From: an uncultured Verrucomicrobiota bacterium
Lineage (GTDB): Bacteria > Verrucomicrobiota > Verrucomicrobiia > Limisphaerales > UBA9464
Direction: 5' to 3'
NCBI GenBank assembly: GCA_903907925.1
Contig: CAIVQB010000070.1
Span: 61,448 to 125,447 of the forward strand
Length of the DNA stretch: 64,000 bases
A program made the translations under genes and the position numbers. Position 1 is the stretch's first letter. Each line of letters starts with the position of its first letter. The notes beneath the pieces are model-generated. The model did not search any database. It was not told the origin of the DNA and saw only the letters and a program-made list of their open reading frames with translations. Shown one piece after another: positions 9,719 through 17,912 of this stretch.

Positions 9719-10432
9719 TTACCTCCAGGAACCCGCTGATCTCCGAAATCCGACCGGGATGTTTCGACAAGATTGAATCCAAAGTGTGCCACATTCTCGT
9801 ACCCAGCGTCTTCTCTCACCTGAGTCGACACGGTGTCGACCCTGGTTCTGCCATGAACTGTCCTCCACGGGTCTGGGTGGTGGATCCATCAATGAGTCGC
9901 ACCAAATCCATTGATCCAGAAACCCCCGGAGATCAGGTGGTGCGATTTGAAGTTTTAGCCGATTCGACAAGGGCTGAACTACCTGTCGCAGCCAGATTTC
10001 TATGGGGGAATGCACTTTCTCAGGGACATGATCACAAGCGATTCCGAGGGATGGTTTCGCTCCACCCCGGGCGACCTGAACCCGCAGATTGGCCGTCTTG
10101 CCCGGTTCCAGTGTGTGCATCTCGTTGACCACTCCCCAGGACGAAGGTGCCCACGCGCCGGTTCCCCAGCCTGGCCACTGACGCGTTCGCATCAGTGTCG
10201 GCGACAACCGGAAGGGGTCGCCCTGCACTACCGGATAGAGCAGCGCGTTGGTCGATCGATTGACCAGTTCCAATTCCGCATAACAAAGGTTTTGTCTGGC
10301 GACCCAGTGATACCCCTTCAACCGCAGGGCAACCTGCTCCTCGGGCCTCGCTGGCAGCCACCACGCGATGCTGCCGAGGAGCAGAAGGGCCACCACAAAT
10401 CCTGCCAGAATCGGTCCGATGCGCTCCTTCAT
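9719..10432 (-). CDS. hypothetical single-pass membrane protein (paralog-like of 4446..5000)
   Basis: ATG at 10432 (MKERIGPILAGFVVALLLLGSIAWWL), followed by VALRLKGYHWVARQNLCYAELELVNRSTNALLYP. The stop at 9719-9721 is 1 nt from the ATG of the next sigma-fusion gene. The last ~40 codons look low-quality, so the true 3' end is uncertain. Confidence 0.5.
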   Translation of the reverse strand: MKERIGPILAGFVVALLLLGSIAWWLPARPEEQVALRLKGYHWVARQNLCYAELELVNRSTNALLYPVVQGDPFRLSPTLMRTRQWPGWGTGAWAPSSWGVVNEMHTLEPGKTANLRVQVARGGAKPSLGIACDHVPEKVHSPIEIWLRQVVQPLSNRLKLQIAPPDLRGFLDQWIWCDSLMDPPPRPVEDSSWQNQGRHRVDSGERRRWVRECGTLWIQSCRNIPVGFRRSAGSWR

Positions 10433-10503
10433 TCGAGGGGCTCGATGATGTGGGACATGGGTGTCGAGTTTACAACTCCGGGGTTTGGCGCGAATCAGCG
10501 CCT

Positions 10504-10990
10504 TTATTTTGTGAGCAACTCCGGATGAGGCTGATTGTCTCGATTCCAACTCCGGAGCGAATCGTCATCGCTCGCTCCCAGCAATCTCTGCAAGTGGACC
10601 GGTTCGACATGACCATCGCAGAAAGCAACGTTCCCATTCCCTCCATGACGTCGCAACGCCCGGTTCCGATCGTACATTGTCGCCGCTGTCGGGTCGGCGA
10701 GGTTGATCCGTCCACGGCCCAACCCCCGTCCGTCCTGAAGAATCGTTCCGTCCCCATAGAAAGTATCCCCGAGGGCGTACATCGCCGACGGCATGGCAAC
10801 GGCAGAATCCTTCACGACGATCCGTTCTGTTGCCGATACCAGCGTACCTCCGAGTCCGAGGTCGGGACCGCTCACTGGATTGCCCAAACCTGAAGTGTTG
10901 TACCCGTAGTCGACATAAATTCGTCCACCAGGCCAACCCGTGGGCTGCCGACTATTCGGACAATCCCAGATTCCTCCCTGATGTTTTGCC
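10504..10990 (-). pseudogene. 5'-truncated H-X9-DG (prepilin-type N-terminal domain family) gene remnant
   Basis: The C-terminal ~160 aa are typical of this family (YVDYGYNTSGLGNP...LGLGG...RRHGGNGNVAFCDGHVEPV). No prepilin leader or FTLIELLVV helix appears in any minus-strand frame upstream. The remainder of track ORF 10504..11292 is antisense to the next gene and R/S/T-rich junk. Confidence 0.6.
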
Positions 10991-11011
10991 CAGCCTCTTC
11001 CTGAGATTGCG

Positions 11012-12640
11012 GTGCCGCCGATCGTCGTCACGAAGCCGGTTTGGTGGCCGCTACAACTTTGGGCCGCCGGAACCGTGCTTTTTGCGCTGCGCTCCGTTGG
11101 ATTCCGGATCTGGCTGTTCCTTGCGGCGCTGCGTCGGACTCGGGTCGTCGATTCCCAGGTGCTTGACGTGGTGGAGCGGCTTCGGGGCCGTGTTGGATTG
11201 CGCCGGGTTCGGGTTCTTTTGTGGCCGGGTTTGCGCAGTCCGATCGCCTTCGGTACTTGGACGCCAACCATTGCGCTACCGGTCGAGTTCACCTCGCGAT
11301 TCGACGCCTACCATGTGCTGGCCCGTTTGCGTCTTGCGGCTCCGTCGATTCAGGTCCCGCCGGTCAGTCAAACCCTTGTCGCCGGCCTACCCGTCTCCTG
11401 GACCGTACAGGCCACCGGTTATCCGCTGTCCTATCAGTGGTATCATGATGGTGTGGTGATCTCCGGAGCCAATACGCCCACGTATTCTCCCGGCTTGGCC
11501 GTCGATTCCCGCGCGGGTGATTATGCCGTGGTGGTGTCGAATTTTCTCGGAGCCGTCACCAATTCCATACCCGCCCGGCTGACGGTTCTGCCGGCCGATG
11601 GGACTGTGGTAACGCTTGACGGCCAGCAAGCCGGAGGACCCGCTACAGTGCATGGAGTCGTCAGCGTTTCGGCGGGATGGAATCATGCGCTGGCCCTGAA
11701 GGCCGATGGATCGGTATTCGCCTGGGGCGATGATTCGGATGGGGAATGCGATGTTCCGGAATCGGCAAAGCGCGGCGTGGTCGCTGTGGCGGCGGGAGCC
11801 TCCCACAGTCTTGCCCTGCGCGAGGACGGCTCGGTGGTGGCGTGGGGCGGCAATGATTTTGGGCAGACCCTTGTTCCGGTCGCTGCGTCGTCTCATATCA
11901 AGGCGATCGCCGCCGGCAGTTTTCATTCCCTGGCCCTGACCGAATCCGGGGAAGTCCTCGGTTGGGGAGACGATTTGGTGGGAGCGGTCACCATTCCCGC
12001 AACGGCCCGCTCTGGAATCACTGCGATCGCCGCCGGTGCGTCGCATAGCGTTGCCCTGAACCAGGACGGATCAGTGGTGGTCTGGGGCGATTACTTCAAC
12101 AATCGATGGCCCATGCCTGTTGAGGCTCGGTTTGGGGTTGTGGCGATTGCAGCGGGTGACTTCTTCACCTTGGCGCTGAAATTGGATGGAACGTTGCTGC
12201 TCTGGGGGCTTTCCGCACCCGCGGGAAACGGGCTCCCGACGCCGGGCGGATCGGAAGTCGTGGCATTGACCGTGGGGCGTTCTGGAGCGGTTACCCGGGA
12301 CAATCAGGGACACATTCGGATTCTGGAGGGCACCACTTGGTTGTCGCACAGTTGGGCAAACGACCTGCAGGGATTGGTGACCTCGGTTTCCGCCGGTGGA
12401 GTGGTGGCGTATGCAGTTCTCGGGACCCCGGTTCACCTCGCCGTGGAGAAGCGTCCCGACAGCGCAGTCTTGACCTGGCCGTTGGCGCTCGAAGGCGTGT
12501 CGGCGCAATCGAGTCTGGATCTTGCCGACCCGAACGGTTGGCGCGATCTCGACGGCGTGCCAGCTCGCGTGGGAGTTCAATGGAGGCTCACAAACGCGGT
12601 GACCGCCCCCCAGCAATGGTTCCGCCTTCGTCGGCCGTAG
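11012..12640 (+). CDS. chimeric secreted/anchored protein: BlaR1/M56-like TM fragment (no HExxH) + Ig-like domain + RCC1 repeats + C-terminal FYR-type domain
   Basis: GTG start. The N-terminus (LQLWAAGTVLFALRSVGFRIWLFLAALRRTRVVDSQVLDVVERLRGRVGLRRVRVLLWPGLRSPIAFGTWTPTIALP) matches the TM3-loop region of M56 peptidases, but the zinc motif is missing. An Ig-like segment follows (YQWYHDGVVISGANTPTY...ARLTV). Then come about 7 RCC1-type blades (GWNHALALKADGSVFAWGDDSDGECDVP and similar). Confidence 0.65.
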   Translation: MPPIVVTKPVWWPLQLWAAGTVLFALRSVGFRIWLFLAALRRTRVVDSQVLDVVERLRGRVGLRRVRVLLWPGLRSPIAFGTWTPTIALPVEFTSRFDAYHVLARLRLAAPSIQVPPVSQTLVAGLPVSWTVQATGYPLSYQWYHDGVVISGANTPTYSPGLAVDSRAGDYAVVVSNFLGAVTNSIPARLTVLPADGTVVTLDGQQAGGPATVHGVVSVSAGWNHALALKADGSVFAWGDDSDGECDVPESAKRGVVAVAAGASHSLALREDGSVVAWGGNDFGQTLVPVAASSHIKAIAAGSFHSLALTESGEVLGWGDDLVGAVTIPATARSGITAIAAGASHSVALNQDGSVVVWGDYFNNRWPMPVEARFGVVAIAAGDFFTLALKLDGTLLLWGLSAPAGNGLPTPGGSEVVALTVGRSGAVTRDNQGHIRILEGTTWLSHSWANDLQGLVTSVSAGGVVAYAVLGTPVHLAVEKRPDSAVLTWPLALEGVSAQSSLDLADPNGWRDLDGVPARVGVQWRLTNAVTAPQQWFRLRRP

Positions 12641-12875
12641 GGCCGGTTGAAAAATCCAGAGGATTGCATTCGTTTCTTGTGGATCGCCTTGCCGCCACAC
12701 TGTCCGTTCGCCCAACACGTTTCGGGAGCGGTTTTGTTGATGCCCGGTCACTGGGCTTGTTTTTCCGCTTCACATTTACAGATGGCATCGCTAGGACGAT
12801 GTGAGTTACCCCGTTCCCTTGATCGTGTCCCGTGCGTGGCTTCGTGCCGCGTTGGGTGCGGTCCACAGCCGCGCC

Positions 12876-13586
12876 ATGCCCATGACACCGAACCTCCAGA
12901 ATTCACGGCGCCCGCCTGCCTTCACCCTGATCGAACTGCTGGTGGTGATCGCGATCATCGCCATTCTGGCGGGGCTGCTGCTCCCGGGTCTCGCCCGGGC
13001 GAAGGAGGCGGGTCGGGCCACCGTCTGCGCCAACAATGTGCGGCAGTTGGGGTTGGGCTCGATGACGTACACACTGGATAACCGCGGCAAACTCCCGTCG
13101 TTCCGTGACTGGCTGTATGTTCGCGTCGGCGACATGACGACCGGGACGCTGTACCCGTACCTCAAATCGCGCTCGACCTATCTGTGTCCCACCGACCAGA
13201 ACGAAATCGCTTCCAAGAAACGAATCGTTGCCTCCGACAACACGTTTGGAAACGCGCATGCCAAGCGGGACTACAGTTTCGCGATGAATTGCGGTCTGTG
13301 CCACGTGACGGATCTTTCCCAGTTCATCGCGCCCACCGACACCCTGATGTACATGGAGGCGTTGATGGCGACCAACGACTATTCGGGGCAGGCGGGTCCC
13401 ACGATCGGCGATCACACCCTGGCTGTCCGGCACAACAATCGCGGGCACTATCTGATGTCCGATCTCCACCTCGAAAAGATGCGAAAGCAATCGAGCATCG
13501 ACATCGAGAAGAAGAAGCGGTTTTGGTTTCCGACCGACGACACCACCGGGGCGAACGGGATGCAGTTCGGAACCGGACTGCAGTAG
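12876..13586 (+). CDS. prepilin-type N-terminal cleavage/methylation domain protein (pseudopilin-like)
   Basis: ATG at 12876. The prepilin signature is [36 protein letters not shown]. The C-terminal motif [19 protein letters not shown] is H-X9-D-like. Confidence 0.8.
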   Translation: MPMTPNLQNSRRPPAFTLIELLVVIAIIAILAGLLLPGLARAKEAGRATVCANNVRQLGLGSMTYTLDNRGKLPSFRDWLYVRVGDMTTGTLYPYLKSRSTYLCPTDQNEIASKKRIVASDNTFGNAHAKRDYSFAMNCGLCHVTDLSQFIAPTDTLMYMEALMATNDYSGQAGPTIGDHTLAVRHNNRGHYLMSDLHLEKMRKQSSIDIEKKKRFWFPTDDTTGANGMQFGTGLQ

Positions 13587-13986
13587 TCGGGTCCTCACTT
13601 GCAGTTCCGCGCTTTCGCGGCTGAGGACTGTCTGGAGGCGGAACTTCGGAGGAATTCCGGGCGATGTTGGCATCGTCGTTCGGTTGAAACCCCCTGCGGT
13701 CGACAGGTTTGGGATTCGTGTCCCCGGAGAGGGTTTCCCGAGGAGTGTTGCCGTGGCGATTTCTCCGGCTCGCCGGCATCTCGGAGTGGAGACGACTTGC
13801 TTGCTGTTTTCAGCGGGTTTCAGCCTGTTTTCCTAGGGTGATCCTGTTGCCACCCTAGGGTTGGTGCGCCATTGACTGAATCGAGGCGGAAATCCGTAGA
13901 GTTCCCACCTAGAGAGCCACCACGGGGTCCCGATCGAACGGTCCGAAACGCCGACCGGGTTGGCGGCTCGTGAGTGTCGCGTCGCG

Positions 13987-16476
13987 ATGTTGATTTCCCG
14001 CTCCAATTCGGTTCTGAGCCGGCTGATCGCAGGACTCCTGCTTTCGGTCGTGCTGTTCCGTGGACCGATGGCGGCGCAAACCATTCCCAATCCTAGTTTC
14101 GAGTTGAACAGCTTCACCGTTTTCCCCGGATATGCTTCAGGGAACGGGGGAGCGATCAACAGTTGGACGTTCACGGGGAGTGGGGTCGGACTCAATCCCG
14201 CCTCTGGCAGTCCTTTTGCCGACAACGGTGCGATACCGAATGGATCGAACGTGGCGTTCCTTCAGGGGACCGCGACGCTTTCCACCACCATTTCCGGATT
14301 GGTCGTCGGACAGACCTACACGGTTACCTTCCGCGCCAATCGCCGTGGCACCATGTTCGATCCGGTTCCGAACTGGTCGCTCAACGGCGGATCCGCGGTG
14401 TCGTTCAGTGCGTCACCGGCGGTCGGGGGTGCGAATGCGTACTACACGATCTCCGGAAACTTTAACGCCACCGCCACCACGGCGGCCTTGGTAATTCGCA
14501 ATCAATCGACGCAGGACGCAACCCTGCTGATCGATGCGTTTACGATCGCGGTGGTTCCAGCCCACATCGGGGTTTTCATCGGAGCCAGCACCGCCGCCGG
14601 CAATGCCCTCACCGACAATGTGGGCACTCAAACGTTCGCCAATACCGCGGTGGGCACCAGCAGTACGACGCAAACCTTCACCGTCCAAAATACCGGCACC
14701 GGCAACCTGACCGCGCTGGCTCTGAGCGTGACCGGAACCAATCCCGGCGATTTCAGCGTCGCGGCTTTGGGTTCAACGACCGTGGCTCCGAACGGGACCA
14801 CCACCTTCACGGTGACGTTTTCACCGTCGGCATCCGGAAGCCGCACTGCGGTCGTGAACATTGCCAGCAATGATCCCACCAAGAATCCGTTTCGCATCAA
14901 CGTCGGTGGAACCGGTCTGGTCCCGCAGATCAATGTGTTCACTGGTGCCAGCACGTCGCCGGGCAACGCCCTCGCCGACAACGTCGGCACGCAGTCCTTC
15001 GGCAGCATTGCGGTGGGCAGCAGCGGAACGGCCCAGACCTTCACCGTCCAGAACACCGGCGGCGCCCCGCTGACCGGATTGGTCCTGACCGTCTCGGGAG
15101 TGAACCGCACCGACTTCACCCTGGGTGATCTCGGGGCCACCACCCTGGCGCCCAACGCCTCCACCACCTTCACGGTCACCTTTGCGCCCGGAGCTGGCGG
15201 ATCCCGAAGCGCGCTGGTGAACATTGGCAGCAACGATTCCTCCGCGAATCCGTTTCGCATCAATGTCAGCGGGACCGGTCTGGTGCCGCAGATCGCCGTC
15301 TTCAACGGGGCCAGTACCGCGCCGGTCGACGCCCGCACCGACAATGCGGGAACCTTTGCCTTTGCCGGCACGCCGCTGGGTGGCGCTGGAACGGTCCAGA
15401 CGTTCACGGTCAAGAATGCGGGCGCGGCGACGTTGACGAGTCTGGGCCTGAGCGTGGTCGGGGCGAATCTCGGCGATTTCGTGCTGGGCACGCTCGGTGC
15501 GACGACCCTCGCGCCGAATGCCACGACGACTTTCACGGTGACCTTTCTTCCATCGGTGCTCGGATCACGGACGGCCGTCGTCTACATCGCCAGCAACGAT
15601 CCCAACACCAATCCATTCCGGATCAATGTGAGCGGGACGGGGCTGCCCTCCCGCAACGCGAATCTTTCCAATCTGACCGTCAGTTCGGGTTCATTTACCC
15701 CCACCTTCAGCAGCGCCACCACGGCATATTCGGTCGGCGTTCCGTTTCTCACCACCTCGATCACCCTCACTCCAACCCTCTCCGACGCCAACGCTTCGGT
15801 GACGGTGAACGGCGCCGGTGCTGCGAACCCGGTGACATTGAGCGTGGGTGCCAATGCGATCCCGGTCGTGGTGACCGCGCAGGATCCCACGGCGACCCAG
15901 ACCTACACCGTCACCGTAACCCGCGGTCCGAATCTGCCTCCCGTGCCGGGTTCCGATTTTCTCGTGCGATCCAACGACACCACGATGATCAAGGTTCCCA
16001 AGGCCACGCTCCTCAGCAATGACAGCGATCCGGAAGGCGACACGCTGTCCCTGACCGCCGTCGGAAGCGCCCTGCCGTCCGGAGCGTCGGTGGTGGTGTC
16101 CGGCAATTTCGTGGTCTACACCGCGCCCAGTGCGACGGCGGGCAATGGGAGTTTCACCTACACCCTGAGTGACGGTTCGGGTGGACACGCCGTCACTGCG
16201 AGCGTGACGGTGACCGAGGTGTCGGCCCTGGCGGACACGGCGGCACCCAATGCGGCGCGGATCGTTGCCAGCGGCGGCAACTACACCCTCACCTTCATCG
16301 GCGTCCCGGGGAATTCCTACCGGGTTCAATACTCCACCAGCACCGCGGTTCCCTATGTGTGGAACGAGTTCATCCCGGCGGCAACCCTGACCGCGCCCGC
16401 GAACGGCGTGTTCGGGTATCTCGACGTGAACCCTCCCAATCCGGTTCGGCTGTACCGCGCGATCGTCAACCGGTGA
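13987..16476 (+). CDS. large secreted adhesin-like protein (jelly-roll N-domain, 3 tandem HYDIN/ASH-type beta-sandwich modules, cadherin-like domains)
   Basis: Signal peptide is MLISRSNSVLSRLIAGLLLSVVLFRGPMAAQ (an alternative start lies at 13960). Three 121-aa modules each end NPFRINV.GTGL. A cadherin-like beta-sandwich follows (NANLSNLTVSSGSFTPTFSSATTAYSV...TYTVTVTR). There is also an LLSNDSDPEGDTLSLTAV motif. Confidence 0.85.
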   Translation: MLISRSNSVLSRLIAGLLLSVVLFRGPMAAQTIPNPSFELNSFTVFPGYASGNGGAINSWTFTGSGVGLNPASGSPFADNGAIPNGSNVAFLQGTATLSTTISGLVVGQTYTVTFRANRRGTMFDPVPNWSLNGGSAVSFSASPAVGGANAYYTISGNFNATATTAALVIRNQSTQDATLLIDAFTIAVVPAHIGVFIGASTAAGNALTDNVGTQTFANTAVGTSSTTQTFTVQNTGTGNLTALALSVTGTNPGDFSVAALGSTTVAPNGTTTFTVTFSPSASGSRTAVVNIASNDPTKNPFRINVGGTGLVPQINVFTGASTSPGNALADNVGTQSFGSIAVGSSGTAQTFTVQNTGGAPLTGLVLTVSGVNRTDFTLGDLGATTLAPNASTTFTVTFAPGAGGSRSALVNIGSNDSSANPFRINVSGTGLVPQIAVFNGASTAPVDARTDNAGTFAFAGTPLGGAGTVQTFTVKNAGAATLTSLGLSVVGANLGDFVLGTLGATTLAPNATTTFTVTFLPSVLGSRTAVVYIASNDPNTNPFRINVSGTGLPSRNANLSNLTVSSGSFTPTFSSATTAYSVGVPFLTTSITLTPTLSDANASVTVNGAGAANPVTLSVGANAIPVVVTAQDPTATQTYTVTVTRGPNLPPVPGSDFLVRSNDTTMIKVPKATLLSNDSDPEGDTLSLTAVGSALPSGASVVVSGNFVVYTAPSATAGNGSFTYTLSDGSGGHAVTASVTVTEVSALADTAAPNAARIVASGGNYTLTFIGVPGNSYRVQYSTSTAVPYVWNEFIPAATLTAPANGVFGYLDVNPPNPVRLYRAIVNR
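14566..15654 (+). repeat. three tandem 363-bp coding repeats inside the adhesin gene
   Basis: Repeat units start at 14566, 14929 and 15292 (IGVFIGAST.., INVFTGAST.., IAVFNGAST..). The antisense track ORFs 14861..15073 and 15224..15436 give near-identical peptides, which shows conservation at the DNA level. Confidence 0.9.
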
Positions 16477-17177
16477 GCGCCGACCGTCATCCCAACCACC
16501 GCACCAGGAATTCGTTCCTGCGGCTCCCGCTTGTGGGAATCCTGTTGCTGTCGTTCCCGGTGGCATGGGCGGGGATCATCACCGAGGCGACCCGCACCTT
16601 CACCGTCGGCACCGACATCGCGGATGTTCAGGACCCGCCTGTGTCGTTCCTGCAGACCATCACCGATTCCGGCATCGCGTCACTGACCCGGGTCGACATC
16701 GGATTGAATCTGGTGGGACGGGATTCGGGCGGATTCGCCGGCGAGATGTTTGTTTCCCTGAACAAGAACCTCAGCCTCACCAGCGTTCTCGCAAACCGGG
16801 TTGGATTCAGCGGAACCGATTCCATCGGCCTGCCCTACGATGGCTGGAACGTGACCTTCAGCGATCTCGCCGCCAGCGATCTGCATACGGTCGTTCAGAC
16901 CTCGGGCGTCCTGACCGGCACCTATCAACCCGATGGTCGCACCGATCCCACGGGCTCGCTCCGGCCCGAACTGCTGAGCGTCTTTGCCGGCGAAACGGGC
17001 AACGGCGACTGGCGTCTCAACGTCGCGGATTTGGGAGTGGGTGGCACGATGCGGCTCGTTGGATGGAGCCTGACCCTGACCGGAGTCGAGATCCCCGAGG
17101 CGAACACCTACGCCGCCGGAATCGCGGTGATTCTCGCCGTGGGTGGCGCTTGGTGGAGGCGGACCCGACGGCGGTGA
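16473..17177 (+). CDS. proprotein-convertase P-domain-like protein with PEP-CTERM-type C-terminal anchor
   Basis: The GTG start overlaps the adhesin stop as GTGA (16473-16476). Signal peptide is FLRLPLVGILLLSFPVAWAG. The P-domain-like end is GNGDWRLNVADLGVGGTMRLVGWSLTL. The tail is VEIPEANTYAAGIAVILAVGGAWWRRTRRR. Confidence 0.7.
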   Translation: MSADRHPNHRTRNSFLRLPLVGILLLSFPVAWAGIITEATRTFTVGTDIADVQDPPVSFLQTITDSGIASLTRVDIGLNLVGRDSGGFAGEMFVSLNKNLSLTSVLANRVGFSGTDSIGLPYDGWNVTFSDLAASDLHTVVQTSGVLTGTYQPDGRTDPTGSLRPELLSVFAGETGNGDWRLNVADLGVGGTMRLVGWSLTLTGVEIPEANTYAAGIAVILAVGGAWWRRTRRR

Positions 17178-17379
17178 TCGGGGGCGGGGAGCCGGGCGGG
17201 TTTTGGATCGAAAATGCCGCCACCGATGAATCGCCGTGGACCCCGGCCTTTTCGTTGCGAGGACGGTTCATGCGGATCCGGCAAAGGTTTCATGCCGAAT
17301 GGAAGTGTTCCCGTTGACAGGACGGTCACGGATCGGCTGATCTGTGAGCCGTTATATCCAGTTGAAGAGAACGGGATTC

Positions 17380-17760
17380 ATGAAACTCAGACTTCGAAGT
17401 GATTCGCTGCGGTTGAGGCTCGACCGGTCCGACGTGGCCGGCCTGATCCGGACCGGTCGGCTCGACGAAGCGGTGGCCCTTGGTGCCTTACCCGCCGAAC
17501 GGCTCGTCTATTCGATTCGACTGGTGCCAGGAGGCCTTCAACCGTCCACATCCTTCGCGGATCATCAAATCGTGGTGGAACTGTCGGAGACCTCGGCGCG
17601 GGAGTGGGCGGGCGGCTCGGAGGTGGGGATCTATTCCGACACGACCTGGGGACTGAGGATCGCCATCGAAAAGGACTTCAAATGTCTCGAAAACCGCACC
17701 CACGAGGACGACTCCGACGCCTTCGAACATCCGGGCGGACCGGCTCATTGTTTGAGATAA
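17380..17760 (+). CDS. conserved hypothetical protein (resembles the DUF7009 family from memory)
   Basis: ATG at 17380 (MKLRLRSDSLRLRLDRSDVAGL...). The C-terminal segment is GLRIAIEKDFKCLENRTHEDDSDAFEHP. The family name is recalled from memory and not verified. Confidence 0.55.
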   Translation: MKLRLRSDSLRLRLDRSDVAGLIRTGRLDEAVALGALPAERLVYSIRLVPGGLQPSTSFADHQIVVELSETSAREWAGGSEVGIYSDTTWGLRIAIEKDFKCLENRTHEDDSDAFEHPGGPAHCLR

Positions 17761-17912
17761 ACTGTAAGGAATCATCCACTGATGTGACGTTCATCCGATT
17801 TGGACGCGGACTCTTTTGGGCATAGAGTCCTCCACGTCGGGGCCGTCCGGGATTCGGATGCGGCCTCAATGCGACTCCAGTTGAACCCTCGCGCCCAACC
17901 CTGGATGAGACC

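Noticed and set aside
9718-9831. Longer N-terminal extension of the third sigma-fusion ORF (start at 9831)
   Set aside because: The extension (MSTQVREDAGYENVAHFG...) overlaps the end of the upstream gene and precedes the point where the other two paralogs begin. The ATG at 9717 gives a homologous N-terminus. This remains uncertain.
10991-11292. N-terminal ~100 codons of track ORF 10504..11292
   Set aside because: This part (MNSTGSAMVGVQVPKAIGLRKPGHKRTRTRRNP...) is antisense to the M56-like segment and has no prepilin leader. Only the C-terminal part is genuine H-X9-DG sequence, so the locus is called a truncated pseudogene.
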